A stretch of DNA of 64,000 nt from Albugo candida (lineage: Eukaryota): positions 620,001 to 684,000 of the forward strand of contig JBDOQK010000005.1 of assembly GCA_040437565.1 (NCBI GenBank). The letters run 5' to 3'. The translations under genes and the position numbers were made by a program. Positions 51,728 through 64,000 of this stretch are shown piece after piece. The notes under the pieces are model-generated. The model searched no databases, was not told where the DNA came from, and saw only the letters and a program-made list of their open reading frames with translations. Positions within the stretch are counted from its first letter, which is position 1; each line of letters opens with the position of its first letter.

Positions 51728-54700
51728 ATGGAATTCGGATCCTCCGATAGTACTGTAAGGCGTTTAAATAGAAGACTTCTTTAAAAAACGATTAAAATTT
51801 TCCGCTGAAAAAGCAAACGTATTTGCTATCATTGTTGCTCCAGATATAGCCAATTCCTTGACCATTTGCATCCATAAATCTCCACTTTTCGACAGGTGCA
51901 CTCTTCCATGCAATCTGATAGTAACAACAGCGCTGAGAGTCACTTTCGATGCTGTGTTTGCTTCGATAATTCGGATAATTGGAGCGGTGTACTGGTTCAG
52001 TGTTCTTCTTGTGCGATACACGTTCACACCAGATGCTATGGTTTGAGTGATTCTACCGACTTGCAGACGTGGCAATGTGAGCGCTGCTTATACTTACAAA
52101 ATGCTCCCCAAGATACTTCGGATGACGAAAATATTATTCCGTACTGTGCGATCTGTCCAATAGAAGGTGGTGCCTTGAAACAATCTATTCACACTGGTGT
52201 ATGGTGTCATGTAGTTTGTTCATCTTGGATACCTGAGCTGTCACATGCTATAAAGGCAAACTCGATGAATGCGATTGATCTGAGTCTCCTAGATCCTAGT
52301 CGCGAAGGTTTACGCTGCCTGGTATGTGGACAGCGGGGTGGATGTATACAGTGTCTAAGTAAGCGCTGCGCTCGATCCTTTCATGTCATGTGCGCGATTC
52401 GATCTCCGTCAAGTCTTGTCTTCACTGGATACGATCGAAACAATCATCAATCGTATCATTGCCATGTGCATGCACCAGAAGTACTCAAGCAGAACGACAT
52501 AGTTGAGATTGTAGATACGAAGTGGAGAAAAAAGCGGCAGCTCCAAGAACTACTTGATACTCGTCGTAATCAAGCAGGAAGACTGGTGGACGGTAATGGT
52601 AAATGTAATATCTGTAATGCTAAAGTTGGTACAAGCGCGCTGGTCAGACATGAAGTTAAGTGTATGCTCACCTGGCTCACCGCTATGGAAATGGATGCAA
52701 GAAAAAAAGCACTCGAAAAAACAAAGCAACCTCCCGTCCAGATTCCTTATCAATCTTCAATGTCATCACTTTTGAGGTCGGAAACTACAACTGCCTCTAT
52801 CATCAAACAGTCGAGCTTTAATCCAGATCAAAAAATTCTATGTAAGAATAGCGTAGAAAAGAAGAATCACTCATTACCAGTGAGGCGACCATGTCCTAAA
52901 TGCGGAGATCTGATCAAGGAGACATATATGATAAGTCATCTAAGAAGAAGATGCTCGCAAAACCCAGAATCCACGCATTGCAAACGTGGTCGATTAAAAA
53001 AATCATATATCAAGCGGCGGAGCTTCTCGAATAAGAATGGAACGACATATCGAAGAAACCTTGTTCAGGATAATGCATTAGAGTATGGCAGTTATCCATC
53101 AACGAATGCAACTGAGGAGAAAGATTCACTATTCTCGTGCGATGTACTTTTCTCGAGTTGGCCAGGTCAGACCACTGGCGATCGAATGGATACTTCATTT
53201 TTCTGGACCATCGTGCACAATTACTTCTACTGTAGCACCATCTCAGATACGCAACAACTTGATAGGATTTGTCGTGATTTTTGTGGTTCTCAGTTTTCGG
53301 ATCTCACGACGAGACCCAAATCAGGAGATTTGATGGAGTGCAAGCTGACCGCTGTGATCACACGGGAGTATGGAGCAGGCAAGAGACAGCACATACAATG
53401 TCTATATTTGGATGAAATGATACATCAGTGTGATTTCATGATGCGATCAAGCTGTGTCAAATGTCCTGAAGATTTTGAATCGCGATTACAGCTTGAAGTT
53501 GCTCACGAAGACAAGCTAGCGCGTCATTTGTCCATACACCAAACAATCAAACAAAAAAATGGGAAGAAGATAGATATCTATGGTAGCTCGGAAAGCGAGC
53601 GTCTCATGGCTTCACCAAAAAGCTGTCTAATTCCTCAGGCGGTCTCCCGCCCGGTCAGTATTCAATTCAAGAATAGAGATTTTATCGTTCGGGGTCTCCT
53701 GCATCTACATCTACTCCAGGATAAGCAAACCCTCAGTGATGACTTACCGAAAAGGGAGACAGTCTGGTCCAAGTATACTACTGATTCTAATCTGCGTGTT
53801 GTTGGTGCTGACCTTCCATCCGTCATCAATTCGGAATCGAGCACAAATTTGTGGACCTCGTTGCAGTTGCTCAGCGCATGCCCCGCACCCTACACCAGCA
53901 CAGATGTCACAGTGGACGAACTGACTCCACAGATCAACTTTCTTATTGAGAATGTTTGTGAACAAGCAAGACGAAACCGGACAAAGCTTCAATCAATCTG
54001 CTTTCGTTTCAAGAGCGTCACGCAGACTCAAACAAAGTCACAATTTGACTCAGAAATTGTGGGGTCCTACTACAAGGAGCTAGCATGGTGGAAAGTTGTA
54101 TGCAAAAGCATGATTGCAGGTTTCTCTCTCGCAATAAGCTTACGTGACAGAAGTTTAGGAAGCAAAAACTCGGAATACCTCGATGATGGAACATGCGTTG
54201 TGTGCTTTGACGGGCAGTCACCAGAAGCCAATCCTATCATATTTTGCGATCGATGTGATCTTGCTGTACATCAACACTGCTACGGAATCACAAAAGTTCC
54301 ATCCAATGAATTTCTGTGTGATCGCTGCAAGAACCAAGATGGATCACGAATTCCAACAAACAATGCCATCTCAAAAGTTTTCTGTCAGTTATGCCCAGTA
54401 CAAGATGGAGCTCTCAAACAAACTGTAGATGGAAAGTGGGTACATGCTGTTTGTGCGTTGTGGTGCCCAGGTGTATGGATAGGAAATCTTTTCAGCATGA
54501 CAGGTATCAACCTGGCTACTATCACATCATCAGCGCGATTTATTGACACACTTGCTGAAATCGAGGCAATATGTCGACAATCGCGACAATCCCTTTCAAC
54601 TGATGAAGCGAAATTGGAATGTTTAGCTGATACAGCGGCTATTCATCGACTGAAAAAAGGATTTCTGTGTATATTTTGTCGTATTTCCTGCGGACGAACG

Positions 54701-56415
54701 ATCCAATGCAGCTTTGCCGATTGTCGATGTTCATTTCATCCATTGTGCGCATGGTATGCAGGAGTGCCAATGTTTATAGAGCAATCTACGAATACGGTCG
54801 TGTACGCAGGTGGAGGCGCAGGCCTTAAATTCTCGATCTTATGTCATGATCACGCCAATACAGTAGGAGCGGACCGTCAGTACATCTTGGATCAGCGAGC
54901 AAGGCGTCGCCGTCTGCGTATCGATCTGTATTATCGCACGTCAAGCAAAAAGAGTCGATATCGCGAGGCAAGACAATCAACAGCAGATCAATCTCCTAAA
55001 GAAACTAATGAACCCGCTTTAAGCAGCTTATCCTGGGATGGTATCCACGAAGATACTGAATTTTGCACAGCCTGCTTCCATTATGCATCTCCTTCAACAG
55101 ATGAAAAGTATCCCGAAAAAGTCCATGGTCGACAATTTTTAATCCGGTGCCAGCAGTGTCATATCATCATACATGCAGCGTGCGCAATCTCACAAATTGG
55201 CTCATTTTCCGATTCAGTTCAAAGTGACTGGGTCTGTGAAAAATGCAAACTCACGACTGGCAATGACCATGCTCCAAGTTGTATTGTGTGCGATGAAAGC
55301 GGCGATTACATGATGCCATGTGTGGAAGTCGAAGTCTCCACTTCATGGCAATTCAAGGAGCGAATTCGCGAGCTCCTATCTTCTGCTGGGTCCGGTGTGC
55401 GTAGTCAAAGCGCTGACGTGAAAAAACTAGCTGGCGGTATCGGTTCGCCAATTCATAAAGGCGAATGGATGCATGTCTTTTGCAGCAAATGGATCAAAGC
55501 TAGATATATTCGACGTGACAAGATTCTATTTGCCTTGAAATCGTTTTCAACAGCTAACCACTCGCCCCGGTGTGATATTTGCTTGAGGAAAACAGTAAGT
55601 CTGATGAGTTCAAAAATTGTATGCGAGGTGTATAAACTCATCTTTCTTTTTAGAATCAGTACGTCAAGTGCGAAAATTGCCCGAAAAAATTTCATCCAAT
55701 TTGTGCAGCTCGACAGAATTACTTTGTCGCATGCGGTGCTAGAAATACAAGAAAAGTGTGCTGCACATCGCATTCTCCAAATAATGCCGCATTTGATTTC
55801 AGGCGGCAAATGTGGATCACAGAGGAAGCAGTACAGCACTTGCACGCAGTTCGATATGCTTTCGAGCGTGGTAGGTTACTGATAGAGATGTGCCGACAAC
55901 GCGAGAAGCAGAAAAAACGAATCATACAAGCCAACTTGTTTCCGTTGCTGCGAAACTCAATCGACATAGTTATAACGAGGCGTCCATGTCAATCGATGAA
56001 GAATGTGTATGCGGTACTCACTGGAGAATCTTTAATAGAGCCGCGGCCTGTTGTTCGATGTCACAAATCTGTCGTGGTACACACTAAGGGTGAAGGCAAG
56101 CGGTCAGTTCGCCAGAACACTAGCCAAAATAGTGGACTAAGAGCGCGGAAAGCGAAGGATACCGCCGGCCTTGCGATGAGCGACTTGCGCCGCAGTACTC
56201 GTCACCTTGAGGACAAGATGAAGAAGCTGACACCTCCTCGAGATACTGCAACACGTCGGATGAGTGACACCTTGTGTGAGTCCCCACAAAAAAAGCGTCA
56301 GCGAAGAGAAAAGAGCTTTACTGCTGCTCAAGTCATCAGCGCATTTCGAGATTTTTCGGAGCAAGAGTTAGATTTTGATGAAGTGATTCCTCAACGATAT
56401 CCTGAATTGGCTTGA
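51728..56415 (+). CDS. BRPF/Jade/Nto1-like chromatin reader with three PHD/PZP modules
   Basis: Short exon 1 MEFGSSDST|GTAAGG. CVVCFDGQSPEANPIIFCDRCDLAVHQHCYG; GALKQT..WVHAVCALW; C-terminal VRYAFERGRLLIEMCRQREKQK. Confidence 0.85.
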
Positions 56416-57862
56416 CACCTCTTGGGTTTGAGTATCTGGCATGCAATAGATGTGCTCATTTGGTCTTGTCTTTAGCATGGGCTACTTGTGGATTGCATTT
56501 TGTGCACTACGCCTCAGCGGCATACCCTTACTAGTTTTGTAGAACTATTCGACTGCCAGTCAAATGGGAAAGTATGATTTATTGCCCAAAGGAGATATTT
56601 GCTTCATCAAATTAATTGTACTTACACTACTGATCCAACACGATCTGGACACTGGACTTGTGGTGCTGGGATCGCCGCCTTTGCAACACCGCTAAATAGT
56701 GCCACTATATCCACTACATGTACTCATCACGCCAAGTCCGAGAGCAATCAATGATTAGATGTGCAATACCGGCAGTAGCGCTGAACTGGCTACATAAAAT
56801 GCACCTTATTTATCAATTCAAGCTGTTGAGTGACGACGAATTCCATCAAAACAGCAACACAGAGAGTATTTGAGCCGCGTGTTAACGGTGAGAGGGTACA
56901 GGGTAATTCGATTTTATGTAGACGATTGAAGACGCAGCAATACCGACCATTATGGATAACATGCACTCTTGATGCCTACAATGCTTCTTAAAATGCGAGA
57001 CGGTTACGAAGCATTTTATCCTACCTTCCCGTTTAGATGTTTGATCATAGAAGGATTTTCGCTCATATCGTGTGATGCCAACACAACGCAATGCTCGCGA
57101 GGATTTTGTAATGCCACTTTATGGACGGATTTGAAATAAGATGTTCATATGATACACTTTTTGGGTAATGCAAAGTGCTGTGTATAATTGAACCGGTAGT
57201 TACATTTATTTGTGTGAACATTTCGTGCAACTTTTCTTCTGACTATTTCTAAAGTCCGATGTACTTTAAAAGAGCTCTACTCGAACCTCCGATACCTTAG
57301 AATAATTGTCGCTGGTGAGATTGCCGACAAATTCTCATCCATGACCGCGTTTGCTTGATAAATATTCAATGGTTAAGGCTTGAAAACCTTAGCGAACATC
57401 TCCATACATGGGACTTGTAAATAAAGCAGCATAGCTTCGAGCGTTTTAAAAAAGAGATCGCGATAGTGAAATGCGCTCGATAGACTTGAACGCTCAAAAA
57501 AGTGACCGATCCATTGAATTATAAAAAAGTAACTTCGCGTCTAACGTGGTACATANNNNNNNNNNNNNNNNNNNNNNNNNNNNNNNNNNNNNNNNNNNNN
57601 NNNNNNNNNNNNNNNNNNNNNNNNNNNNNNNNNNNNNNNNNNNNNNNNNNNNNNNATACATGGGACTTGTAAATAAAGCAGCATAGCTTCGAGCGTTTTA
57701 AAAAAGAGATCGCGATAGTGAAATGCGCTCGATAGACTTGAACGCTCAAAAAAGTGACCGATCCATTGAATTATAAAAAAGTAACTTCGCGTCTAACGTG
57801 GTACATAGTATTTGCTTGAATTATGCTTCTATACACAGTTAAGCCACATTGTTGCATGGAAA

Positions 57863-57935
57863 TCTCCTATAGCTCAGTTGGTAGAGCGTGTGGCTGTTAA
57901 CCATAAGGTCGCTGGTTCAAACCCAGCTGGGAGAG
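57863..57935 (+). tRNA. trnN-GTT: tRNA-Asn (GTT)
   Basis: Cloverleaf: acceptor stem TCTCCTA/TGGGAGA, D arm GCTCAGTTGGTAGAGC, anticodon arm TGTGG-CTGTTAA-CCATA, T loop GGTTCAAACC; 73 nt. Confidence 0.95.
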
Positions 57936-58332
57936 ATTGATGCCACTCAATCAATTTGCGAAAACAGTTCAGGTGTTGCTTGACTAGAACTATTGATTTT
58001 ACAAATCGCGGGGTACGTCTTCGACAGTGCAACAATCTCAATTTTGCCGGTACTAAATGCGATTTTGGTGCATATTTAAGAACAAAAATAACTACAGATT
58101 TCAGCATATGAGCCTTTGTGTTCAACGGAATGTATTCATTCGATGTCACAATGCGAAGATTTGTTATACCGTTAATCGATTCAACCGCTGGCTCGCAATT
58201 TTAACGAAGTGCAACTGTAAAGAGCGAGAGAAATATATATCCGGCTCCATTGCGCAACACCTATTCATACCCCTGCTGCTCGATCGATTCCAATGGACAT
58301 CGACGACACGACCACGTCATCACCTGTGTCAG

Positions 58333-58482
58333 TGATGGGTTCGGTATTCATCCCAAGGTTAGGTCGTGCGTATCTTTCATATCTTTTCATAAAACCGGTA
58401 CTGAGAGAATCTTAAATAATACCATTTTGAGTCGTCGGCGGCCGAAGCAGAGGAGCCTTGTTCAGGAGTGAACGAGATATCA
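58333..58482 (+). repeat. 5' LTR (150 bp)
   Basis: Direct repeat of 61612-61793 with TG...CA ends. Confidence 0.95.
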
Positions 58483-61400
58483 AAGTTAACTTTATTTACA
58501 CCAGAAGTGGGGAAAGTAAGCAGCCAAAAGAAAATCATTCAAACCATATTGGAAGAAAAGTTGAGGGATGCAGAAAAATTAGGCGCAAAGTCAGAGTCGA
58601 TAGAGCATCCAAAGAAACTGTTTTTAAGATCCCAAGATGTGTTCTGGGTGAAATTTGTAGCGGACCCTCCAGTGGCAGTCGCTTCTGTTAAAGTACAGCT
58701 AAAAGAGGGATCAACTCCCATCATGGTAAAGTCTAGACGGTACCCACCTTCGCACAAGGATTATTTGAAGAAACATTTATCGGAACTCGTGGACCACAAT
58801 TTGGTTTACAGAAATCCAGATTCACATTGGGGAAGTGCCCCTCGCATCGTGGCAAAGAAAACAGTCGGTAAGCATCGCATGACAGTGAATTTACGTGCTA
58901 TCAATGCACTAGCAGTACCGATGGCGTGACCAGTGCCGAAATTGTAGGTAGTCCTGGCTCAATTGGAAGGATCAACGTGTTATTTTTCGCTGCATTGTTT
59001 TCGTTTCTATTGGCAATTAACCTCTGGATGAGGCCAGCAAAGACTATTCCACAGTGGTAACATCAAACGGCTTATTATTGCGAATAGAGTGATCATGGGA
59101 TCAACAGATGCAGCGCCATACGCACAACAGGTGGCCGAACAATTTATGAAGCCAGTATTGGGAAAAAGAGTGCAAGTATGGTTAGATGATGCTCTCGGGT
59201 ATGCCGAAATGGATTCCATTCTTTTGGAAACATTAAAGATAGTATTAAATCACTGCGAGGAATATGGGGTGAAACTGAATCCAGCAAAATGTACATTCCT
59301 CACCTATTCCACAATATGGTGCGGAAAGGAAATCTCAAAAGAAGGGATCAGTCTTTTTGCGTCGAGCTCAGGGCCTGTGCGAACACGTTACCCCGGAAAC
59401 TGCAGCCGAACGTTAGCAATTTTTATGTGCTGTAAACTGGATGCGAAACAACATATCGAATTATACAGCACTGGTACAGGGTTTGCATGATGTCCTGTAA
59501 ACTGCGACTAAAACTGCGGGAAGTAGAAAGAAGCGGAACCTTCTACACGTCTCTTTGAAAGACCACGGCTCGAGTATGAAACAAGACCAATGTCTGAGAA
59601 AATGAAAACAGCTATTAGCGATGGTACCCATGGCTCATCCAGAAGATACCTGGGAAGTCTGCATATGTTTACGGATGCATCTCAAGACCATTGGGGCCCT
59701 GTAGTCACGCAGCTGGTCCCGGGGGCATTTCTGAACAAAGACCAGAGCAAAATCATTTCCCATTGACATTTATGAGCGGATCTTCTTAAGGGTCAATTTT
59801 GAGGTGGGCAACGATCAAAAAGGAAGCATACGCGATAGCGGAAACATGCAAAAGATTGGATTATCTGTTACTGAGAGAAGAGGGTTTCCGTACATTCACA
59901 AACCACCGCAACTTACAATTCGTTTAGGATCCACATAAGGTTGTTGGCACTATTTCTCGATATCGATTGGACAAACTACAAGTTGGGCAATGGTTCTACA
60001 TATGTTTAGATATACGCTGGAGTATGTGGCAGGTGAAATAAGTGTATGGGGGGATTCATTATCATGATGGGGTAGCCGTCAACATGAAGTGGTCAAGCAA
60101 ATAGCATCAAAGAGCTGTGCATTTGCAATGGTCGAAGACATTTCCCCGCTGGAAAATGAACATTTTGAATGGCCCTCCTTGCATGAAACCAGGGAGACAC
60201 AGGAAAAAGAGCGCAAACACCTGATCCATCGGGGTCTGGTAAAGGATGCCGAGAGATCAATATGGGTGGATAAAAAAACGCATATGGATACAAGATGCAT
60301 CTATCGGTTTACAAAAAGGCTATGCATCCTAGCTCATGCCGGCTCGGCAGGCCATCGTGAGATGACTACAACATTATGTATACTAGCAGAACATGTATGA
60401 ACGACAAGGTGTCAGATGTGCGAGAATTTGTGAAAAATTGCTTACATTGGTGGCAAATTGAGAAATATGTCCGAGACCTTATGGAGAGACACTACGAGCA
60501 GCCAAGCCGAACGAACTACTGTACTTTGATTTCCTGATCATGCGTAAAGGAATTAATGGAATCTGTACGTACTGGTAGTAAAAGATGAGATGAGTGGATT
60601 CTGCGAGCTGATACCAACAAGAATAGCGAACACGGAGGTGACCGTCCAGGCGCTCTTGGATTGGTTTAAGCGGTATGGTGTGGTTCTATGTGGGTACCGG
60701 ATCAAGGCTCTCATTTCGAAAACGAAGTCATGGAGCAATAAAAAAAAAGGTGGGTGCTACACACCATTTCGTCACGGCGTGTTGCCCGTGAGCAACTGGA
60801 ACGGTGGAGGTAATGAATCGTCAGGCGCTCAAAGTCATGCGGTCCCTGCTGAGCGAGCGCAAATAGCAGATCGAATATTGGCCAAATTTACTTGTGTCAG
60901 TCAACGTTAAACCAGCCTTCATCCAGTTGACTTGGTGGAATTGCTCCGGTCAGTGTACATACCAGCCACCGGGAGGAATGCAGCTTTTCTCGTGTACAAA
61001 CAAGGCCTTGATGACACGCAGCTGAAGCATATTGAAGCGTTGCAAGCTACGCTGGACGTCATGCGTCAGCGAGTTTCCGACATGGCACAGAAAAAAATAA
61101 CGCTGCGAGACGTAGACAAAACAAAAAGCACGGCGTGTCTCCAGTAAATTTCTCAATCGGGGATTTTGTTCTATCTGGAAGTGTTGTACGATGAACAAAC
61201 AAGCTCATGTTACATTGGAAGGGATCTTATCGGGGAGTGAAAACATTAAAGGGTGGACTTACGACAAACAAGAATTGGTTGAGCCGTTTGCTATTATTAC
61301 CCGGCATGTCACGAGATTGGAATTCTACAGCGAGATTTGGAAGTTACGCAAGATTTGCAAGAGTACGTGGTGTATGCAATGGGGGGCATCTGGTGCAAAA

Positions 61401-61611
61401 GTATCTGGAATGCCGTATCAATCCAGATACACATCAGTGGGAGGTTCTAGTTCAATGGATCAGTTTGGATGTTGCTGATAATAGCTGGGAGCCTGCAAGC
61501 ATTCTTCAGGAAGATGTCCCGAAGTTATTCAGACGATGGGTGGCATCCGAACCTAAGGCGGAAGCTTTGCGAACTTTCATTCACACTGAAAGTACAAGAA
61601 GGAGAGATAAA

Positions 61612-61793
61612 TGATGGGTTCGGTATCCATCCCAAGGTTAGGTCCAGAGTATCTTTTATATCTTTCCATAAAATCGGTACTGAGAGAATCTTAAATAATA
61701 CACTTTCGATTTGCAGTTATCGGAGTCAAACAAACCCCCAGGTCGTCGGCGGTTGAAGCAGAGGAAATTTGTTAAGGAGTGAACGAGATATCA
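61612..61793 (+). repeat. 3' LTR (182 bp)
   Basis: Preceded by purine tract AAGAAGGAGAGATAAA; has a 32-bp segment absent from the 5' LTR. Confidence 0.95.
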
Positions 61794-61923
61794 GTCAGCG
61801 AATGAAGTATACTAGTCACCTTTAAAGGATATCTCGATTCAGCATCTTATCAGCATAATAAAGCCTCGGAAAAAGGAAGATGAAAAATAAGGATGCTTGA
61901 GCATTTGACTACGCATTCAGATT

Positions 61924-64000
61924 CTAACAGAAAGCTTTCGCAGACGTACTTCTCTCTTCTGATTCTTTGTTTGCGCAGTTGGCTGCAAGGAAAACGTTGG
62001 CACGAGCAAGTGACATGACCGTGTGGAACCTTCTAGGATGTCTTGGAGCCAGGACAAACGTTTGCGCGCACACCATCTGTTCAAGATTGTACAATTTTTC
62101 GTTCGAGATCACGGAAGCTTGACTCTAAAGGACTATCTAAACAAGAAAGAACCAGCCATTTGCTAAAAAACCTAGAGGTAGGTTACGTCTTCTCGTTACT
62201 GATGAGAGTGTGCGAGAGATTTTCCTGTGAGAGAATCAATATCTGTGGCAAATACTACACATTCCGATAAGATGACGTTCTCGGCTCTTGATACTTCTGA
62301 TACATTTGTTAGAATATTCGCGAAGCACGGGAAGATTTTGATGGCTCGCAATATCGACGTAGACGTATATATTCGCTCCATTTCCTGTCCCGAGCCTCCG
62401 TTAGACTGTGGAATAGTTAGCGATCTAATGTGAACCGAGGAATGATCAAGACGCACCGCTACCGCAAAGCGTTTTTCAAACATAAGAGCGTGAATTGTCG
62501 TAGGTAGCGATTCCTTTGCTGGGATAGCGCTACCGAAGAGACTTGACATGATAAATGTTTTCCATTGGGCAATTGTCAGACAATTTTCGGACGAAAGGAA
62601 ATTCTCTCATTGAAAGCCAGCATCGACTTATAGCATTAACGATCTGCCACAGATATGGATGGATACACAGCATTACTGATCAGTCAGTGATTTGGAAGCC
62701 AGCACATAGTCCTCGTTTGGTGCGTACTGATATGCTGCCGCAACTTTTGCGGTCTTCACTAGCTAGGGACTTGACACGCAGTGGGATAGTCCTAGGTTCG
62801 ATTACATTAGTATGATAAACATTCGTGGCAGTTTCTCACTATCAGGAAATGCTCAATATCTCGGCGATTTTTCCATCGAATATTAAATTTGATAATATAT
62901 TCAGATATACATGGAGCTTCGGTCTATATGCAGAACATTATGCTCCTGTCCATCCACGAAAGGATGGAGCTTTTGTCAATCAATTTCTGACTAAATTTGT
63001 CAAACCTAATGCATCTCGCATCGTTTGTAATCTCTTTTCGAGCAGATTAGGATTCCACCTATTTTTTGCTCCCCCTATAGAGTGATCACATGGCGCATAT
63101 ACCAAAACTTAGAAGTTCCCACACTCCAAGATCCTGGATACTGATAATTACACTTTCTTAATCTGACTTACTAGTAATAGAAGAAGCTATGGAGGCTGAT
63201 CGTTACCTTGATTTTTTTCTGCAGCTTCCCATCGACTATAGGCGTTGGAAGAAACACATCAAGTACTCTCTCGAACAAGCACAAAAAGAAGATCTGGCAG
63301 CAAGAAAGAAGATGGGCGAGGAATGTCTTTGCTGGAATGTTAATGGGTGAAGATTTGGTTCAATTTGAATCAAGAGTCCATGTTTCACTATCATATCAAG
63401 CACATGGGGCAATCTGCAGGAAATTGTTCTCGACCAGTGAATTCGACGTGTCATACTTTGCCATTGGAACAAGCTCTACTTCTAATTGGTCAAGATCGAA
63501 GATTACGATTGATATCTCTCTTCGGTTCACAGATCAGTGGGCTGACTGATGAAGATCCATCGAGTTTAGCTGGGCTTTCCTTGGGTCCTTGTTAAGAATA
63601 CCAATACAACCTCAATCAACAGCATTAATTCAGTAGCTTTATTGTACGCTTCAATCAAATAGTACAAGCAATCCATAGCATGCGTGGACACACACCACCT
63701 AGATTGAACAGATCGCCACAAGAGTTTTACCAACTCGTCTTGAGTATTTTCAATGATTGTCTGCAAATTGTGTACGACATCAACTTCGTAAAGTCTTATT
63801 TCTGCCATCTCAACATATTTCGTTAATCACGTTGATTAACGAATAAGAATCCTGCCTTGATTCTGGCATCTATCGTGGCATAGCTATAACCTACGTTGAT
63901 TAAAAAAAGACAGCTACCGAAGCCAATCACGTACCGACTTCAGCAGGTGTTTTCGAAATATATTTGGAGCATCGAAGAATCTCTTCGCGTTTTCCATCCA
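61924..64000 (-). pseudogene. Possible decayed coding sequence of unknown family
   Basis: Co-oriented minus-strand ORF fragments (63566-63808, 62196-62549, 61924-62112) and protein-like frames broken by stops; no motif recognised. Confidence 0.25.

Larger units (their letters stand above)
58333..61793 (+). mobile_element. Degenerate Ty3/gypsy chromovirus LTR retrotransposon with gag and protease missing
   Basis: LTRs 58333-58482 and 61612-61793 (TGAT...ATCA), 5-bp TSD GTCAG (58328-58332 and 61794-61798), PPT about 61596-61611. Frameshifted RT (RRYPP, WLDD), RNase H (FTDAS), integrase and chromodomain (VLVQW...NSWEP). Confidence 0.95.

Noticed and set aside
51854-51862. U12 branch-like TTCCTTGAC in the first intron of the PHD gene
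   Set aside because: The donor is U2-type GTAAGG and the motif is more than 30 nt from the AG.
58485-58490. PBS complementary to the neighbouring tRNA-Asn anticodon loop (GTTAAC)
   Set aside because: Only a 6-nt palindrome; complementarity does not extend further.
61824-61832. Minus-strand ATATCCTTT U12-like donor
   Set aside because: No branch box or host gene is found, even after removing the LTR element.

Overview
Eukaryotic, gene-dense DNA with short spliceosomal introns. Gene content and compaction suggest an oomycete, plausibly Albugo-like (inference). Bases 1-56.4 kb carry about 22 tightly packed genes: a TPR-like gene, an SPPL2-type protease, IFT139/TTC21B, Sfi1, TFIIF-beta, a MYND protein, a degenerate kinesin, MICU1, BLTP2/FMP27, an FkbM-TPR protein, a peroxisomal carrier, AFG3, B9D2, ILV3, RPL13A, SCYL2, a rhodanese-DSP-FYVE phosphatase, a triple-PZP BRPF-like protein and three hypotheticals. 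Two spliced micro-genes are missed by the ORF track: an SPT small subunit and a 50-aa membrane microprotein. The last 7.5 kb is gene-poor, with tRNA-Asn(GTT) and a TSD-flanked, gag-less, decayed chromovirus LTR element. All nine 100-N gaps are flanked by direct duplications, most likely unmerged contig overlaps. The strongest leads are (1) a long, highly structured RPL13A intron containing a tract apparently antisense to the uL13 binding site in LSU rRNA, (2) a U12-type AT-AC intron in MICU1, (3) a pseudo-kinesin, (4) the two micro-genes and (5) a structured intergenic hairpin beside a telomere-template-like 9-mer. Everything was read by eye; no searches or folding programs were run.
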